Below are positions 60,373-64,000 of a stretch of DNA of 64,000 bases, piece after piece (the first letter of the stretch is position 1; every line of letters begins with the position of its first letter). The notes beneath the pieces are model-generated. The model was given only the letters and a program-made list of their open reading frames with translations. It was not told the DNA's origin and searched no databases. The translations under genes and the position numbers were made by a program. Source of the DNA: Macrostomum lignano (Eukaryota); the NCBI GenBank assembly GCA_002269645.1, contig NIVC01000255.1:1-64000 (forward strand). Reading direction: 5' to 3'.

Positions 60373-61574
60373 ATCAAAACATTTCTCGAGTACAAGATTA
60401 GATAGAAAAGCTAGTATGCACTCGAACTTTCTTTAACTCTGACTCTTGTCCTGTTCATCTATATAAGCTTGTATTTAAGCACGATTCGCCACCCCCAAAT
60501 TTTCTAACCCACAACCTCTCAACCCCCACCCCACCCCTAACCCAGGCTAGCTATGTGCAGTCCTTTATTTTCTATCCCACCACCAGTAGGCCTAAATTAT
60601 CGATCCACTCACCCTGCCTTATACGAAACTGATATTAACCCTATTCCAGACTACCCCCCTTCCTCCACTTTGAAAGATAGCGGCATTGCACACTGTCTGT
60701 CGCGTCTTAATGTACACCATTACTGCACAAAACAAGTTAGTTGTTTATGGCGTTAGCAAAACGATGTCTTAAAAACAGTCACTCGATTTGTCTAATTTAG
60801 CAAATAATACTGTTGCTTCCTTTCATTGCTACTAAGCAGAAAGTAGAATAAAAAACTTGCCCAGAAAATTAGCCTGAGTGGCCTATCTAGTGTTTATAGT
60901 ATCTGTGGTTGCAACTGCACAAAGCCATGAGTAAATGTTATTAATTTAATGCCACGATATGCACTCATGCCTTTCCTGTCATCAAAGAACTTAATATGTA
61001 CTGCTTTACACCCTCCTCAAACACAGAGCCGACAGTCCCCAAGGACATGGCTGGCTGCCTCAACCTGACAGACTCCGGCGCCAGGAGGTCGGTCCAGCTT
61101 CTTGTCGACAACCTGCAGGCTTTCCTGGGCCACCTGGAGAAGCAGAACGATGCGCCTGTCGACGAGGTCACTGCGCAGGCTGTTTCGGTGCGGTCTGCTG
61201 ACGACCGTACTAGCCGTGTCCAGGCTGCCATTGCCAAGAAGCTGGAGCCAGCGCAACGAAAGGCCCCAGCTGCATCAGCACATCCAGGCGCCGCCAGACC
61301 TCGTGGACGGGGCCGGGGTTCTGGCCGAGGAGCTCAGCCTCCGGCTCAGGGCACCGACAGAGGCGGACGCGGGACCGGGCGCGGACGCGGGACCGGGCGC
61401 GGACGCGGGACCGGGCGCGGACGTGGGACCGGGCGCGGACGCGGGAGTGCTGGCATCTGAGCCGGTGCAAAGCGGCCTCGTATCTCCAGCTCCGAGTCCG
61501 AGTCTGATTCTGACGCCTCCAGTCCTGAGGATGCCCCGGAGGCTGCCCAAGCCGCACTGGTGCCGACACTCGAG

Positions 61575-61795
61575 AACCTGCCAGACCTTGTGGGTCAGCG
61601 CATTGAAATGCGCTTTGGCTATGCTGATGGGTCGGAGCGCTGGTCGCAGGGCTACGTGCTGGGCCATGTGCCAGGCTTGAGCCGTGATGTCCTTGCATGG
61701 GTCTTTGAGATGGTCTTCGACGAGACTGGCCCTGAGGATGTGTACCGGTACACACTGTGCAATGATTGGATGAACAATGACCTCCACGTGCTAGA
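61575..61795 (+). other. Spin/Ssty (Spindlin) Tudor-like domain coding segment
   Basis: LVGQRIEMRFGYADGSERWSQGYVLGHVP...WVFEMVFDETGPEDVYRYTLCNDWMNNDLHVL resembles the Spindlin repeat pattern ([28 protein letters not shown]...[29 protein letters not shown], quoted from memory). Confidence 0.7.
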
Positions 61796-64000
61796 CAGCG
61801 ATGACGATGACGAGTAGCTTAAGTCCTTCTTAAAGTACTTTGTGGCCCAGCACTGCATCGCATGGTAGAGGGAAGGGGGGCATAGGGGGAATGTATATAG
61901 TACATATATCATTGTATGTATCATGTATGTATAGTTTCTATGTTTCTGCATAAAGACTTGTACTTACCAATCAGTTGAGCAGTTTTCTTACTGAACAATT
62001 ATTAGAAAGGAAGTTAGCGTCGTTGACCAGACGAATGCTAGGGGTCGCTTGCTGGGATAGCTTTGCTGGGGTCAGTATCCAGCAGCCTTCCAGCGGAAGC
62101 CTTCCTTTTGACCCCCATGTTCCATGTATGGAATTAGATGTATAGATTCGTATGAAGCCATTTGACCACATATATATAGCTGTATATATTGTATAGAGGG
62201 TACAGTGGGCCCTACTATACTGTTTTGCAAAAAAAGTGCATGCAGCAATTTCCCTTCATCTTTTCAACCCCTTGCTGTACATTTTCCTATCTCCGTAATG
62301 TATTTGCATGTATGCCTGCACCAATGTTGAGAATTTTCACCTAGTGCGGCAAGGGCTAGTGGAAATCGCTTTTAGGACAAAATATATGACCAATGTCCCT
62401 ACCATTTGGTGAAAAAAACTCGCGGTCGACTCTTTCCATTTTTAAAAAAAGTGTGATTTTCATGTTTCTAATGGGGATTTACATGTATTTTGCCCATTTC
62501 TGGTAAGCACACTGCGGCAAGGGTTAAAAGCATCCTGTTTGGCGTAACAGGTTCTTTTTGTCACCAGAAGTAAGTGGAAAAAAGAATTAGGGAGTCGACT
62601 CATTCCATTCAAAAGTTATGGCCATTTGAATTGGCCATACATGTACTGATGTACTGATGTACATGTACTGATGTATTGAATTGATGTACATGTACATGTA
62701 CATGTACATTTTTTTAGGAAAATTTTTTTCAGCCAAAATGGTCTGCATAATGATCCCTCAATCCAATGTGCATGCATTTTGATAGTTTTGCACTCATTCA
62801 ATGAAAACTGGAGCTGCCTGACCCCATATTTTTCTCCAATTTCGGCACAGTTTTAAAAATGTACAAAAATGTATACCATGTTTCACAGTCTGCAACTTTC
62901 TTGTCGTATGTACTATACACACAAGCAATATGTTGTTTGAAAGATCTACTTGTCTACTTTCCAACAAATGTAAGATCGTTGCAGTGTGTCACTTATTTTA
63001 AAAGTTATAGCCACAGAAAGAAGACCACTTTTTTGCCATTTTTCCCTTCTGCACAAGCCAAAAACAGGCTTACTGGACCCCCTATTATAGCATAGAAACA
63101 CTCATTGGAAAGTAAATTTTATATTTTTTTATTGATAATAAGCTTTATTTTCTAACCAAAACACTTTAATTCTTTTTTTCAGAACATTGCATCAATTTTT
63201 ATGATTAGTTCATTTTTCTATTTTTTATTTGCTCATTGGAGCCCCTAATAAAGATTCTCCTCACCTTAAAACCCCATATCACATGCCCTGGTGGTTGGTG
63301 GTTATTGCCCCACCCCCCCCCCCTTGGCCTCATCAGTCATCAGACCCCTCTTGAATTTGGAATTTACCTAGGCCCACCTAATCTTCAATAGACCCCCATC
63401 CCTCTATTGAAGTTTAGGTAGATAAAATCAATTCCCATGAATTGAAGATTCTCCCTACCCAAAAACCTCCCATTCCCCATGCCCCCGTAGTTGGCTTTAA
63501 GCTACAAAAAATAAAGCTCAAATTTGAAATCAGCACTATCAAAAACCCCTGTAGAGACAAAATTATGATCTTATCAAAACTGCAACTATTTTATCTACCT
63601 AAAGACTATAGTAAAGTTCAGGAAGTCCAACTTATGAGTTATGACGACAATTGACAATTTCAACGCATTTTCTCTATATTAGGCCTATAATACGAAACCA
63701 TAAAACAATATACTTCGCTACCAGGATGGTTTCAAGTATTGCATTTTCAGTATTTCATTAGAACACAAACTAAAAATGACTTACCATTGCATTGGCATAT
63801 CCAAAATTTGTCCATCATTAAACAAAAGAATAGGCCTAAGATAAGAGTAAGACTCAACAATCAAACTAAAGCTGCACCGCCAGTGTCTGTGTAATTTAAA
63901 TCGTAGTCCGAATCACATTGGGTGCACGCCCAAACAAAAACCGATAGTTTCAAAAATGCACGCCGTAAAAAATTAAGTGGTGTGACACTGGGCCTTTTCA

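Larger units (their letters stand above)
58863..60907 (-). mobile_element. Non-autonomous THAP-bearing (P-element-like) transposon, 2045 bp
   Basis: 32-bp perfect TIR CACAGATACTATAAACACTAGATAGGCCACTC (44 bp with 2 mismatches); 8-bp palindromic TSD GTTGCAAC; excision restores QLQLHKAM. Confidence 0.88.
55701..61817 (+). pseudogene. Six-exon DDE transposase (about 1175 aa reconstructed) with C-terminal RG repeat and Spindlin-like Tudor domain
   Basis: Exons 55701-56480, 56646-57020, 57110-57554, 57645-57966, 58063-58862 plus 60916-60930, and 61027-61817; all GT-AG and phase-compatible (3528 nt). TLMTDATSKKG (D), FLMTDRH (D), YCAMH (CxxH), FRGNQAY, PKDNVPYEEAFAGLD (E). The only lesions seen are the THAP insertion and one TGA at 61458-60. 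Confidence 0.85.
54859..63084 (+). mobile_element. Fully delimited hAT-like DNA transposon (TAGGG termini, 7-bp TSD)
   Basis: Perfect 13-bp TIR TAGGGGGTCCAGT (15/16 with the following (G/A)AG); TSD TTATAGC at 54852-58 and 63085-91; encloses the 55701-61817 gene. Confidence 0.85.

Noticed and set aside
62261-62527. Nested piggyBac-type MITE (CAACCCCTTGC...GCAAGGGTTAA)
   Set aside because: The ends match poorly, only one TTAA is present, and a third copy of the motif lies inside; could equally be subterminal repeats of the host element.

Overview
Eukaryotic (animal-like, probably invertebrate) transposon-saturated region; I can recognise no host gene in the 64 kb. Exons are GC-rich, introns are short GT-AG (about 85-165 nt where clearly delimited) and spacers are AT-rich. 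Left to right: a transposase-less CMC/EnSpm-like element (4236-10908, 2-bp TSD) carrying a DUF4806-type pseudogene; a decayed Jockey/I-group LINE (about 13.3-19.2 kb); a piggyBac element with an open 502-aa transposase ORF; a fragment of a divergent hAT-like transposase; and a BEL/Pao integrase plus LTR. Next is a four-level nest: a MULE/SWIM transposase pseudogene, split by an EnSpm-like element (31985-46589, TSD TTG), which holds a Ty3/Gypsy element (32745-42507, 939-bp LTRs, TSD CTTG, tRNA-Leu PBS), which holds a second LINE. Then come a second divergent hAT-like transposase pseudogene and a fully delimited hAT-like transposon (54859-63084, TIR TAGGGGGTCCAGT, 7-bp TSD). Its six-exon, about 1175-aa transposase ends in an RG repeat and a Spindlin-like Tudor domain and is interrupted by a THAP-bearing P-like element. 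Main leads: (1) the transposase-Spindlin reader fusion; (2) an intact non-env extra ORF in the otherwise gutted Gypsy element; (3) a covarying LINE 3' stem-loop present three times; (4) a strong + strand bias of TE ORFs, suggestive of a uni-strand piRNA cluster. All family calls come from motif recognition by eye, not database searches.
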